Below are positions 46,739-55,529 of a stretch of DNA of 64,000 nucleotides, in pieces (positions within the stretch are counted from its first letter, which is position 1; each line of letters starts with the position of its first letter). The notes beneath the pieces were generated by a model, which ran no database searches, was not told the origin of the DNA, and was given only the letters and a program-made list of their open reading frames with translations. The DNA is from Candidatus Omnitrophota bacterium (GTDB taxonomy: Bacteria; Omnitrophota; Gorgyraeia; Tantalellales; Tantalellaceae). The stretch covers positions 19,846-83,845 of the forward strand of contig JAJRVD010000025.1 in NCBI GenBank assembly GCA_024277375.1, read 5' to 3'. The position numbers and the translations under genes are program-made.

Positions 46739-48433
46739 CTACGCCAATCCGTGTAACATCTCGCTTATCGACTTACCTGCCGGTACCATCGGGAACACGT
46801 TCTCTTCCCTTTCTATGACGAAATCCAGTATAACCGGCCCTTTAGCCTTCAATGCTTCCTTAATTGACTTTTTTACATCTTCTTTTTTCTCGATCCTTAT
46901 ACCCTTGGCGCCGAAACTTTCAGCTAACTTCACAAAGTCCGGACATACGGTACCTTTTTCCCCGCCCACAACTGTCCAGGCATAACGCTTATCATAAAAT
47001 AGTTCCTGCCATTGACGTACCATACCAAGATAACCGTTGTTAAGTATCACAATAATGACAGGTATCTTCTCAAGAACCGCGACCGCCATCTCCTGGATGT
47101 TCATCTGAATACTACCGTCACCGGCAATATCAAAAACAATTGCTTCAGGTTTTCCTATCTTAGCGCCTATCGCCGCAGGAAAACCGTAACCCATAGTACC
47201 CAATCCACCACTCGACACTAACGTCCGTGGTTTTGTATACGTATAATGCTGTGCGGCCCACATCTGATTTTGACCAACTTCGGTGGCTATGATAACCTCT
47301 TTATCTTTGGTCATGTCATGTATCGTCTCGATAATGTACTGCGGCCTCAACTTGTCGTCATCCTTATATTTGAGCGGCAACTCTTTTTTCCACTCAGAGA
47401 TCATTTTGTGCCACTCTTCACGTTCTTTTTTTGTTATCATGGTGTTAAGTTCTTTGAGTATTGCCTTAGCGTCCCCGATAACCGGGATATCAACCTGCAC
47501 ATTCTTACTTATACTCGAAGGATCCACGTCAATATGCGCGACTTTAGCATTTGGCGCAAATTCATCTATCCGCCCTGTAACCCTGTCATCAAACCTGGCA
47601 CCGATCGCTATAATAAGATCCGAAGACTGTATGGCATGATTCGCGTACGCCGTTCCATGCATACCCAGCATACCAAGACTTAATGGATCATCTTCAGGAA
47701 AAGCGCCCAACCCCATCAACGTAGTCGTAACAGGTATATCCGTTTTACGCGCCAGACGTGTAAGCTCTTTATCCGCACCCGAAAGAATTATTACGCCGCC
47801 GGCATATATGATCGGGCGTTTACTTTTCTCGATAGCTTTGGCTATCTTTTTTATCTGACCGGAATGCCCCGTACAAGTCGGGTTATAACCTTTAAGCTTC
47901 CGCAAAGACGGTTCTTTGAATTCGGTCGTATTAACCTGAACGTCAACAGGTAAGTCTATCAGCACAGGACCGGGCCTCCCGGTTCTAGCTATATGAAAAG
48001 CTTCTTTTACCACTTGCGCGAGATCTTTTACATCCTTAACCAGATAGTTATGTTTTGTAATAGGACGTGTTATCCCGACCATATCAACTTCCTGAAAAGC
48101 GTCATTGCCTATGAGGCTTGAATTTACCTGTCCGGTAATGGCGACAAGAGGGATCGAATCCAAATGTGCCGTCGCGATACCTGTAACCAGATTAGTCGCG
48201 CCGGGTCCTGAAGTAGCTATACATACCCCGACCTCACCCGTAGCGCGCGCGTACCCGTCAGCGGCATGAATAGCTCCCTGTTCATGTCGGGTCAGATGGA
48301 ACTTTATCTCCTCCACACTGTAAAGTTTGTCCGCTAAAGGGATTATAACTCCACCAGGATAACCGAAAATATGTTTAACCTTCTCTTCCAACAACATCTT
48401 GATCAAGATCTCAGCACCGGTAATTTTAGTCAT
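46739..48433 (-). CDS. ilvB: acetolactate synthase large subunit
   Basis: ThDP-dependent enzyme (GDGSIQMNIQE). Start at MTKITGAEIL (ATG 48431-48433); the ORF-track extension to 48511 covers a type-4 repeat. Confidence 0.92.
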   Translation of the reverse strand: MTKITGAEILIKMLLEEKVKHIFGYPGGVIIPLADKLYSVEEIKFHLTRHEQGAIHAADGYARATGEVGVCIATSGPGATNLVTGIATAHLDSIPLVAITGQVNSSLIGNDAFQEVDMVGITRPITKHNYLVKDVKDLAQVVKEAFHIARTGRPGPVLIDLPVDVQVNTTEFKEPSLRKLKGYNPTCTGHSGQIKKIAKAIEKSKRPIIYAGGVIILSGADKELTRLARKTDIPVTTTLMGLGAFPEDDPLSLGMLGMHGTAYANHAIQSSDLIIAIGARFDDRVTGRIDEFAPNAKVAHIDVDPSSISKNVQVDIPVIGDAKAILKELNTMITKKEREEWHKMISEWKKELPLKYKDDDKLRPQYIIETIHDMTKDKEVIIATEVGQNQMWAAQHYTYTKPRTLVSSGGLGTMGYGFPAAIGAKIGKPEAIVFDIAGDGSIQMNIQEMAVAVLEKIPVIIVILNNGYLGMVRQWQELFYDKRYAWTVVGGEKGTVCPDFVKLAESFGAKGIRIEKKEDVKKSIKEALKAKGPVILDFVIEREENVFPMVPAGKSISEMLHGLA

Positions 48434-48465
48434 ATAACTCCTCTCTGCACTATGTGTACCCGATT

Positions 48466-48511
48466 CCGTAGGAGCGGTATCACAGCACCTTCGGTGATGG
48501 GCCGCGAACAA
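48466..48511 (+). repeat. type-4 repeat copy
   Basis: CCGTAGGAGCGGTATCACAGCACCTTCGGTGATGGGCCGCGAACAA in the ilvB leader. Confidence 0.7.
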
Positions 48512-48673
48512 ATAAATCAGGAATCTATCTCCCCCCTGTCATTCCCGCGAAAGCGGGAATCTATTAATATTAATAGTCAGTTCCTATTAAATCAGGAAAC
48601 CAAGGATTTTACAATTACATAAGTATAACACAAGAAATTATGTTGTCAAGCGCTTCTCGGGGAACAAGAATGG

Positions 48674-48701
48674 GTAGGGGCACGGCATGCCGTGCCCCTA
48701 C
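48674..48701. repeat. REP-like palindrome type 3a
   Basis: GTAGGGGCACGGCATGCCGTGCCCCTAC, a perfect palindrome immediately left of MITE copy 15. Confidence 0.8.
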
Positions 48702-48709
48702 AAATAATT

Positions 48710-48928
48710 TGTCATTCAGGCTGTGTCGTAATGTAGGGGCTTGATTCATCAAGCCCGTTATATCGGGTTCGATAAATCGAACCCCTACAATATATTGTAT
48801 GCGGCCATCCGCAAAACGAATTGCGACACGGCCTGATTGCGAGGAGGAGCGGAACAACGACGAGGCCGAGGAACAACGTTTCCGAGGTCATCCTGAGACC
48901 AGAGAGTCTCAGGGCGGCAATCTCTAAA
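48710..48928 (+). repeat. MITE-like element, family A, copy 15 (composite with type-2 tail)
   Basis: Core plus arms at 48710-48850, then GTCATCCTGAGACCAGAGAGTCTCAGGGCGGCAATCTC; lies between ilvB and the giant ORF. Confidence 0.85.
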
Positions 48929-48967
48929 TAAAAACTCCCGGAGTGGGATTTGCTTCCACTCTGGGAG
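48925..48967 (-). terminator. rho-independent terminator downstream of the giant ORF
   Basis: On the minus strand: CTCCCAGAGTGGAAGCAAATCCCACTCCGGGAG followed by TTTTTATTT. Confidence 0.7.
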
Positions 48968-49011
48968 TGTACATTCTTCTATGAACCATGAACTACAAAC
49001 TATAAACTCCC

Positions 49012-52000
49012 TTACACCGATCGCCAGACTTCTGACGTCGCCGCGAAGATCTCCTTGATCATACCCATATCCACTTTTGTTATCGCCGGCAATGCCAGGT
49101 TAAAAACTATTTTAACGAAATCTCCTATACCTTTGGAATTAAATGCCTCTACTAATTCTTTCTCGAAATCCTCGATGCTATTCGCATTGTTAGTCGCACG
49201 CGCTAATGCCCTGGCCTTTAGCCTTACGGCGTCTTCCTGGTCTTTCGGTGTTGCTCTATTTTCCTTAGCAAGATTTGCCACATGTCCCAAGTTAAGATTG
49301 GCAAATGATACGCCCATCAAACTGCCGTACGGCATCACAGCCGCAGGATCTTCCGCATTCTCTTTATCCTTCCATATCGTAAGCATAGTATTTTCATTAA
49401 GAAAATCTTCTACACTTTTCTCTCGCGTCAAATCTTTCAACGCCTCTAACTTCTCTAATTCTTCAAGTACCGATCTGGCTATCTGAAGATCTATCCGGGT
49501 ACGGCTATCATCTTCCCCCTTAAACGCGTCAATAGCTTCGCGAATAATTTTTTCAGCTTCATTCGTACCCATTGTATTTCTTAATCTTATGTTACCTTCC
49601 TTGCCCAAATCATGTTCGGCTATAAAGTTGTTTCCGCTGCTTTTCAAAGCGGTTAATCGTGACGCGAATTCCACTTGCGTCACCCCTTCCGGCTTGCCAC
49701 CCGCGATTATACCGTAGCACGGGGGTAGATCTTTACTCATAACTTCAGCGACATCCATTGCAGACGCTTCGACACCCTTCGTCATTGCTTCTTTGACCTC
49801 GTCTTTATTTCCTTCATACGGCTTGCTGCCATCGATGGTCACAGAATCATCGGTTACATTAAATTCTACAACATCCACAGCTTCAAGCTCATCCAAAAAT
49901 TGTTTCCTTATATTGTGATACCGACGTATTATACCGTCAGCCGTATCATCACTTGTTGCTACGAGCCGGACACCATTAAATACGACACTAGACATATCAC
50001 CCGGCAGAAGGTCCTCTACCATTCGGCTAGCAATACTTTCTATTGTTTCATCGGCATCCGGTATCACCTTGAACATCTGGGGCCCATCACCTTCCGACGC
50101 TATTATCTCTTTGGCGCGCGCCAATACCATGTTCTGTCGTTCGATATCAGTTATATCGTTCATCTCAAGAAACCCTACAATATCTGATTCAGCTTTAAAA
50201 ACTTCTTTATAATTATCCGGAAAAATTCTTGCAGCGTTGAGAGAATATATTTCTTCTGCCAAAATGACGGCGTCTTTGAATCTTTGTGTCAATATCAGTG
50301 CAAACGCGTTTTCTTTATCTGACAAACCGGAGATCTCTGCTCTTGCCGTAGATTCTTCAACAAGTTTCTCTCCCTGCGGAGACAAGATCTTTTTAGCCAG
50401 CTTCAATATCTTATCCTGACGTGTACTCTCTCTTATATTGTATTTTTCAAGAAAACTTACGACAGCGTCTTCAGCTTTCCTAGCTGGGGCACCCCAATCC
50501 CTTGCGATAGCAGCATCACCATAAATTCCTTCCGCTAAATTGACATCTCCCCGCTTACCAAAGGGGGATTGTGCTAATAACCTGGCTAAAATGGTATCAT
50601 CCAAATTTTTAAACTTATGATCAGGTAAATTCCCATCATATAATATCTTGTTCAAACTAATCGTCTGCGCGTACATCAATACTATGTCCTGTATCAACTT
50701 TGGAACATCCTTATCTTCAGTATTTTTAATTAGCTGAGGTGAGATATAGAGCTTTCCTGCTTCAAAATATATACCATCCATAATGCCAGCGGTATCGGAG
50801 GGCCTTAGCTCTTTTTCTGCGAACGGAATAGCGATATTCTGTCCACTAGATATGTCTGCAAGCACAAACTCAATTATTTTATTAACAACCGTTTTCGCAT
50901 CCAGAGTCTCATTAATGCCTATTTTTTTAAGAAGCTCTTTCTCCATCCGTTTTGTCATCTGCTCACGATTGTGATTTAATAGCTTGCCCATATCATCCTG
51001 CATATACCTCAGTCCTTCGATCAACCTGAATGCCACACGAACAGTTTTTCCATTAAAGAACATATTGCCATACCATGCGCTTAGTTGCATCTCTTCAAAC
51101 GCGCGGATCAGCTCATTTGCTTTTGCCCTGATAGACACAACCTCTTCCGGAGCATTCAAATACCTGGGATTTATGTATATCACACCATCGTTTTGATGCA
51201 TTGTATACTTCGTCAGGTCCGTAAGATTCTGGTTGTTTAAAACGTCTATATTTGAGGCTCTCTCCATGCTGTTCCTTCTCAACATGTCCGCGACATCTCT
51301 CGCTACCAAATCGAGACTACTCATCTTTACTATTTCATCGAACAGCTTCTTGCCTTCTCCTCCTTCAAGATCTAAAAAGTCAGAGCCATATATTCCAACC
51401 GCTTCCCTATGTAATAAGCCCTGATGACTCTCTGCCGCTAATACAGCAATGGCTTCTGTAACTTTCTTGTCCCTCGTAAATTCTTCCCCGTCCGCTCTTG
51501 CCTGCTCCTCAGCTACCAAGTCTAACTGTGCGAACTCATCTAAGCCTTCAATCACATCACTTCTTTCTTTCACTTCATGGTACAATTGTCTGCTGATCTC
51601 CTCTAAATTTCCCGCATCAAACAATTCCTGTGGTAAATATATCTGCGCTCTCGAAACGCCATAATGTCCGCTCCTTAAACCTGGCACAATTATGATCTGC
51701 ACATCCTTCAATAAACTAGTTCTATTTGGCAGCCCGCCTATAACCTCAACCAATAGCCTCATTTGAGCCGGAACCAATCCGGGAGTTTCATTTTGCTTAA
51801 ATGTTTCTCCAGTTTTTCCGTCGGTTTTCACATAAGATTGGACTATCTCGCCATCATCAAACTGATAGGAAGTGGTTAACCCGTCTTTGAGCGGTTTTTC
51901 GATCCACCTTTTATACTCCTTGTTGTCCAACCCCTCCACGCCGCGGCCGTAGGCAAATTTATTGGAAGTTACATTGCTCTTCTTAGCCTGATAATAATGA

Positions 52001-53844
52001 TTTTGTGTTCCCCCCCTTAATATCCTGTCTCCCTCTCTGATCTCTTCCAGTTTTATCAACATATCATCTCTCAAGCCCTCTTGTGGCTTTGGTCTTGCGC
52101 GGCTGACCACTACAAAAAGATCATCCCCCCACTTCTCTTTGAACAACTCCACGCCGGGAGCAGCATTTCTCCAATCTTTTATCATTTTTTCTATTCGCAA
52201 CAACTTCTCATTCTCCTCAATAAAATCCATCCCATCCATATTCTTTTTTATGTTCCGGATAGTTTTGGCCAACTCTATTACGTTATCGGTAAAGTCTTCC
52301 GAAGACACATCCGCGAATCCATCCACTTTTGCCAGACCCGTCAACTGTTCAAACAGATCCACGCCATAGGCAAAATCCCTGTCTCCACCTTTTTCTATTC
52401 GGTCTCCTTCCATAGCAAGATTAATTATTTCCATAGCGTCCATATCCATGCTCTCGCTGTGTTTAATGCTATATGCCGCGCCTGTTTCATGTATTAAAAC
52501 TTCCGCTAATTGCGTATAATCTTGTAACAAATCCGGGTTCAGATATATCGTTTCGTAACTGGCATGGCCACTTACAGGTATTGACTTGTTCCAAATTTGT
52601 ATGTCCTGTTTCATGATAAAATCTATCTGGGATTCTTCTAACCTTAAACTACGAAGAGCAGCTTTTAGTTCCTCCAGGTCTTCGCCCTGCTCCCCAAACT
52701 TATGCATTCCTGCCTCTTTCCCTAATGCGTCTATCCATACTTCATGCTGCAGATACGTCATCGTGTCACCGTCTACAAGAACAATGTCTATGAAGTCCGC
52801 CATACGCCGAATATCCTTATCTGTTTCTACGTAAATATCGACCCCTATTAGAAGCCCTACATCCATAGCAAACCCGGTATCCGAATGTCTTGGTGCTATG
52901 TATGTGGTATCATAATCGGCCGAATGAATGTCTATCCACCCAAACTTGGTCTTAATCGTCAACGTTTCGTTTTTGGCTAACGCTTCCGCTGCCTTGACCA
53001 TCAACTCCATCATATTTTTATTTCTCACATCTATACCCATCTCAGAAAACAGGCTCTGTACGGCTATGGTAGAAGCTCCGGGGGTATAAGAGACCGCTTT
53101 GGTTATAAGCTCCTCGAAGGGCGACTTTTCGCCCGCCAGAAGAGCAAAATACGGACTGTCTTCCTCAACTTGAAGGCGTGGCATTACCTCGATGTATGAG
53201 TATCCTTCTTTTTCAAAGAGTTCCGCCAGGTTTTCCGTATGGAATCCCCCTGTTACAAGAACGGCTATTTTTTTGTCACCGAACTTAGCTCCGATATTCT
53301 TTAAAAACGCGTCATCCCTTTTGAATGCATAGTCATAGAATCCTTCCATATGTTCTCTATAGGAATCTAGTTTTGCTATACCAGAAGGAGTTGTTAGTTT
53401 CAGGCCGTACTGCGGAGCCTTCGCGTCAAAAAAGGCGGTAAAACATTTAACTCCGAACCCGTCTCTGTTGGCCTTGTAATACTCATACTTGTCCCTGACA
53501 AGTGAAAGTGCGAAGAGATCCTTAAGTATGCTCAGTTTTTTTGAAAGTTCGATGAGCCTCTCCTGATCAGGAGTTTTCGCGAACGTCTTCATAAGAGCCT
53601 CTTCTATTTTCCGTACGTCCTTATTAAGGGACGCTTTATCAATATGTTCATAATTTTTCACATATTCAGCATATTTAACAAGGTTGGGCAACTTGCTAAA
53701 GTCTACCGACGCGAATTCCGCTTTCTTAAAAAGATATACATAAAAATCTTCGGATGAAATGTCACCGGTCTTGAACGCGATGGTCTTAACAGCCAGACGT
53801 TTGGCGGCTTTTCTGGATAGTTTTTTGGTAAGTTTATCGATCAA
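49012..53844 (-). CDS. giant hypothetical protein (1,610 aa in this ORF)
   Basis: Uninterrupted 4.8-kb ORF with coding-like composition and no recognisable catalytic motif; a rho-independent terminator follows at 48925-48967. The ORF-track start is a TTG with no RBS, and the ORF is in frame with the upstream ORF 53959..54702. Confidence 0.6.
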   Translation of the reverse strand: MIDKLTKKLSRKAAKRLAVKTIAFKTGDISSEDFYVYLFKKAEFASVDFSKLPNLVKYAEYVKNYEHIDKASLNKDVRKIEEALMKTFAKTPDQERLIELSKKLSILKDLFALSLVRDKYEYYKANRDGFGVKCFTAFFDAKAPQYGLKLTTPSGIAKLDSYREHMEGFYDYAFKRDDAFLKNIGAKFGDKKIAVLVTGGFHTENLAELFEKEGYSYIEVMPRLQVEEDSPYFALLAGEKSPFEELITKAVSYTPGASTIAVQSLFSEMGIDVRNKNMMELMVKAAEALAKNETLTIKTKFGWIDIHSADYDTTYIAPRHSDTGFAMDVGLLIGVDIYVETDKDIRRMADFIDIVLVDGDTMTYLQHEVWIDALGKEAGMHKFGEQGEDLEELKAALRSLRLEESQIDFIMKQDIQIWNKSIPVSGHASYETIYLNPDLLQDYTQLAEVLIHETGAAYSIKHSESMDMDAMEIINLAMEGDRIEKGGDRDFAYGVDLFEQLTGLAKVDGFADVSSEDFTDNVIELAKTIRNIKKNMDGMDFIEENEKLLRIEKMIKDWRNAAPGVELFKEKWGDDLFVVVSRARPKPQEGLRDDMLIKLEEIREGDRILRGGTQNHYYQAKKSNVTSNKFAYGRGVEGLDNKEYKRWIEKPLKDGLTTSYQFDDGEIVQSYVKTDGKTGETFKQNETPGLVPAQMRLLVEVIGGLPNRTSLLKDVQIIIVPGLRSGHYGVSRAQIYLPQELFDAGNLEEISRQLYHEVKERSDVIEGLDEFAQLDLVAEEQARADGEEFTRDKKVTEAIAVLAAESHQGLLHREAVGIYGSDFLDLEGGEGKKLFDEIVKMSSLDLVARDVADMLRRNSMERASNIDVLNNQNLTDLTKYTMHQNDGVIYINPRYLNAPEEVVSIRAKANELIRAFEEMQLSAWYGNMFFNGKTVRVAFRLIEGLRYMQDDMGKLLNHNREQMTKRMEKELLKKIGINETLDAKTVVNKIIEFVLADISSGQNIAIPFAEKELRPSDTAGIMDGIYFEAGKLYISPQLIKNTEDKDVPKLIQDIVLMYAQTISLNKILYDGNLPDHKFKNLDDTILARLLAQSPFGKRGDVNLAEGIYGDAAIARDWGAPARKAEDAVVSFLEKYNIRESTRQDKILKLAKKILSPQGEKLVEESTARAEISGLSDKENAFALILTQRFKDAVILAEEIYSLNAARIFPDNYKEVFKAESDIVGFLEMNDITDIERQNMVLARAKEIIASEGDGPQMFKVIPDADETIESIASRMVEDLLPGDMSSVVFNGVRLVATSDDTADGIIRRYHNIRKQFLDELEAVDVVEFNVTDDSVTIDGSKPYEGNKDEVKEAMTKGVEASAMDVAEVMSKDLPPCYGIIAGGKPEGVTQVEFASRLTALKSSGNNFIAEHDLGKEGNIRLRNTMGTNEAEKIIREAIDAFKGEDDSRTRIDLQIARSVLEELEKLEALKDLTREKSVEDFLNENTMLTIWKDKENAEDPAAVMPYGSLMGVSFANLNLGHVANLAKENRATPKDQEDAVRLKARALARATNNANSIEDFEKELVEAFNSKGIGDFVKIVFNLALPAITKVDMGMIKEIFAATSEVWRSV

Positions 53845-53958
53845 AGCCCGACGTTCCCTGTTGGCTTTTTTAAAATCAATAGACTTTTCGTCCCCAAGCA
53901 GTTTAAGAAGAGCATTAACATCCGCGTGTTGCTCAATATCTACACCGTTAGCCTTACT

Positions 53959-54702
53959 TTACTTCGCTAGAAAAGTTACATATTCTTTAAACTCAATTTT
54001 TTTCCCATTATATGCCATACGTTTTCCATCAACAACTTTAAGAGCCGACGTGTATATCTTGCGCTTTAAATTACTCATCCCGTTCTCTAAAAATTTTAGG
54101 TATCTATCGGCATCCTCTTTAAACGCCAGCGAACTCCTGTAAGCGTTTAAGTTTCCAAAATATAACTCTTCATTTTCGATCCCTGAAAGCTCGATCTTGT
54201 ATGGATTGTTTATAGCGAAGAATTCGGCACCTGTAACACGTCCGGCTTTCACAAATAAGTCGGATACCTGTTCTCTTACCTGTCGGTCACGTATGTCGGT
54301 AAACATCGACAGGTCATACTCGCCCGCTCCCCCTTCAAGAAACGCGAGATCCGCGCCATAAGCTTCATTGGTATACTTCATGAGGTTGGCGATAGATCGT
54401 TGGGCGGAATAGTTACAATGGGCGTCCTGGATGTGGATGATCGTTTTACCATTCTCACCGGAGATCCTGCGTTTTATCTCTCCAAAACGTAGCGGCACCG
54501 TAGAGGAGGCGGGGTCGAATTCCTCCCGGGCATATACCTCGCCTCCCGGGATACCGGCAATAATTCCCGGCACCTCGACAGCAGCGATGGCTCTAGCCAG
54601 ATCCGCGCCTATCATTGTGAACGAAAAAGAACACAGCGTAATTATCGCGAATGTTCTCATCAGCGTCTTTCTGAGACCGGTTTTATTATTAGAATAACAC
54701 AT
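53959..54702 (-). CDS. hypothetical secreted protein (possible N-terminal part of the giant protein)
   Basis: 247 aa; N-terminal signal/TM segment; strong AGGAGGA RBS before ATG 54702; same frame as 49012..53844, separated from it by one TAA plus 38 stop-free codons. Confidence 0.55.
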   Translation of the reverse strand: MCYSNNKTGLRKTLMRTFAIITLCSFSFTMIGADLARAIAAVEVPGIIAGIPGGEVYAREEFDPASSTVPLRFGEIKRRISGENGKTIIHIQDAHCNYSAQRSIANLMKYTNEAYGADLAFLEGGAGEYDLSMFTDIRDRQVREQVSDLFVKAGRVTGAEFFAINNPYKIELSGIENEELYFGNLNAYRSSLAFKEDADRYLKFLENGMSNLKRKIYTSALKVVDGKRMAYNGKKIEFKEYVTFLAK

Positions 54703-55290
54703 GGTTCCTCCTGAAAGTTTTTAAACGACCTTAATTAGTTTGCAAAAAAATATCGTCCAGATCACCTAAATTATTTCACTTAAACGCGCTATGCGCATCT
54801 ACATATTAGTTTACCTAATAGACTAGAATTTACAAACTTTATAATCGTACTTTTTCATATCTAACCATAGCGTGGCCCTCATATCGGGGCCCATCCTGGG
54901 GCCAGGCCCCAAGGGGCCACCCCTGAGCACAAAAAATGGCCGATATTCTAACTTTTTCGCTTAACAGACGCCCCTGCTACCGATTGGTGCAGGCCACAGC
55001 TGTCCGGTAAAAATTTCTACGAGGATCTTTCGTGTTTATTTCATCAAGAGGCAGAACGATTTAACAGTGTAACCTCAATATTTATAGCAATCACCAAATA
55101 AATTGTTTTCGTATCGTATGCTGTCCAATAAATTTCTCGCAAACAATGTCCCGGGTAAATCCACAGTACCAGGTTCCCGTAATCACAGAGCCTCTTATAT
55201 GAGGGGGTGTGCCGCGCGCAGGCACGGAAAAAAGGGAAAATGTTTCCGTTTTTACGCATGTTTGAGCACGGTATACCCCCTCAGATACAA

Positions 55291-55405
55291 ACTGTGTCGT
55301 AACGTAGGGGCTTGATTTATCAAGCCCGTTTATATCGGGTTCGATGAATCGAACCCTTACAACATATTGTATGCGGCCATCCACAAAACGAATTACGACA
55401 CAGCC
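55291..55405 (+). repeat. MITE-like element, family A, copy 16
   Basis: Arms ACTGTGTCGTAACGTAGGGG / ATTACGACACAGCC; core with minor substitutions; lies between the giant-ORF upstream region and alr. Confidence 0.82.
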
Positions 55406-55529
55406 TCTCATATAAGGAGCCTACCTATTTATGAAGAGATTCTTCAGTCGCTATCGCTCCTTCAGAATGACGAATTTTTACGATTTCCCCGAACAGGTGT
55501 GGGTGCAAACTGAAAATCATACAAAAAAA

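Noticed and set aside
7601-55405. CRISPR array
   Set aside because: The repeats are 125-220 bp, irregularly spaced (kilobases apart), in both orientations and separated by genes. There are no short regular spacers and no cas genes
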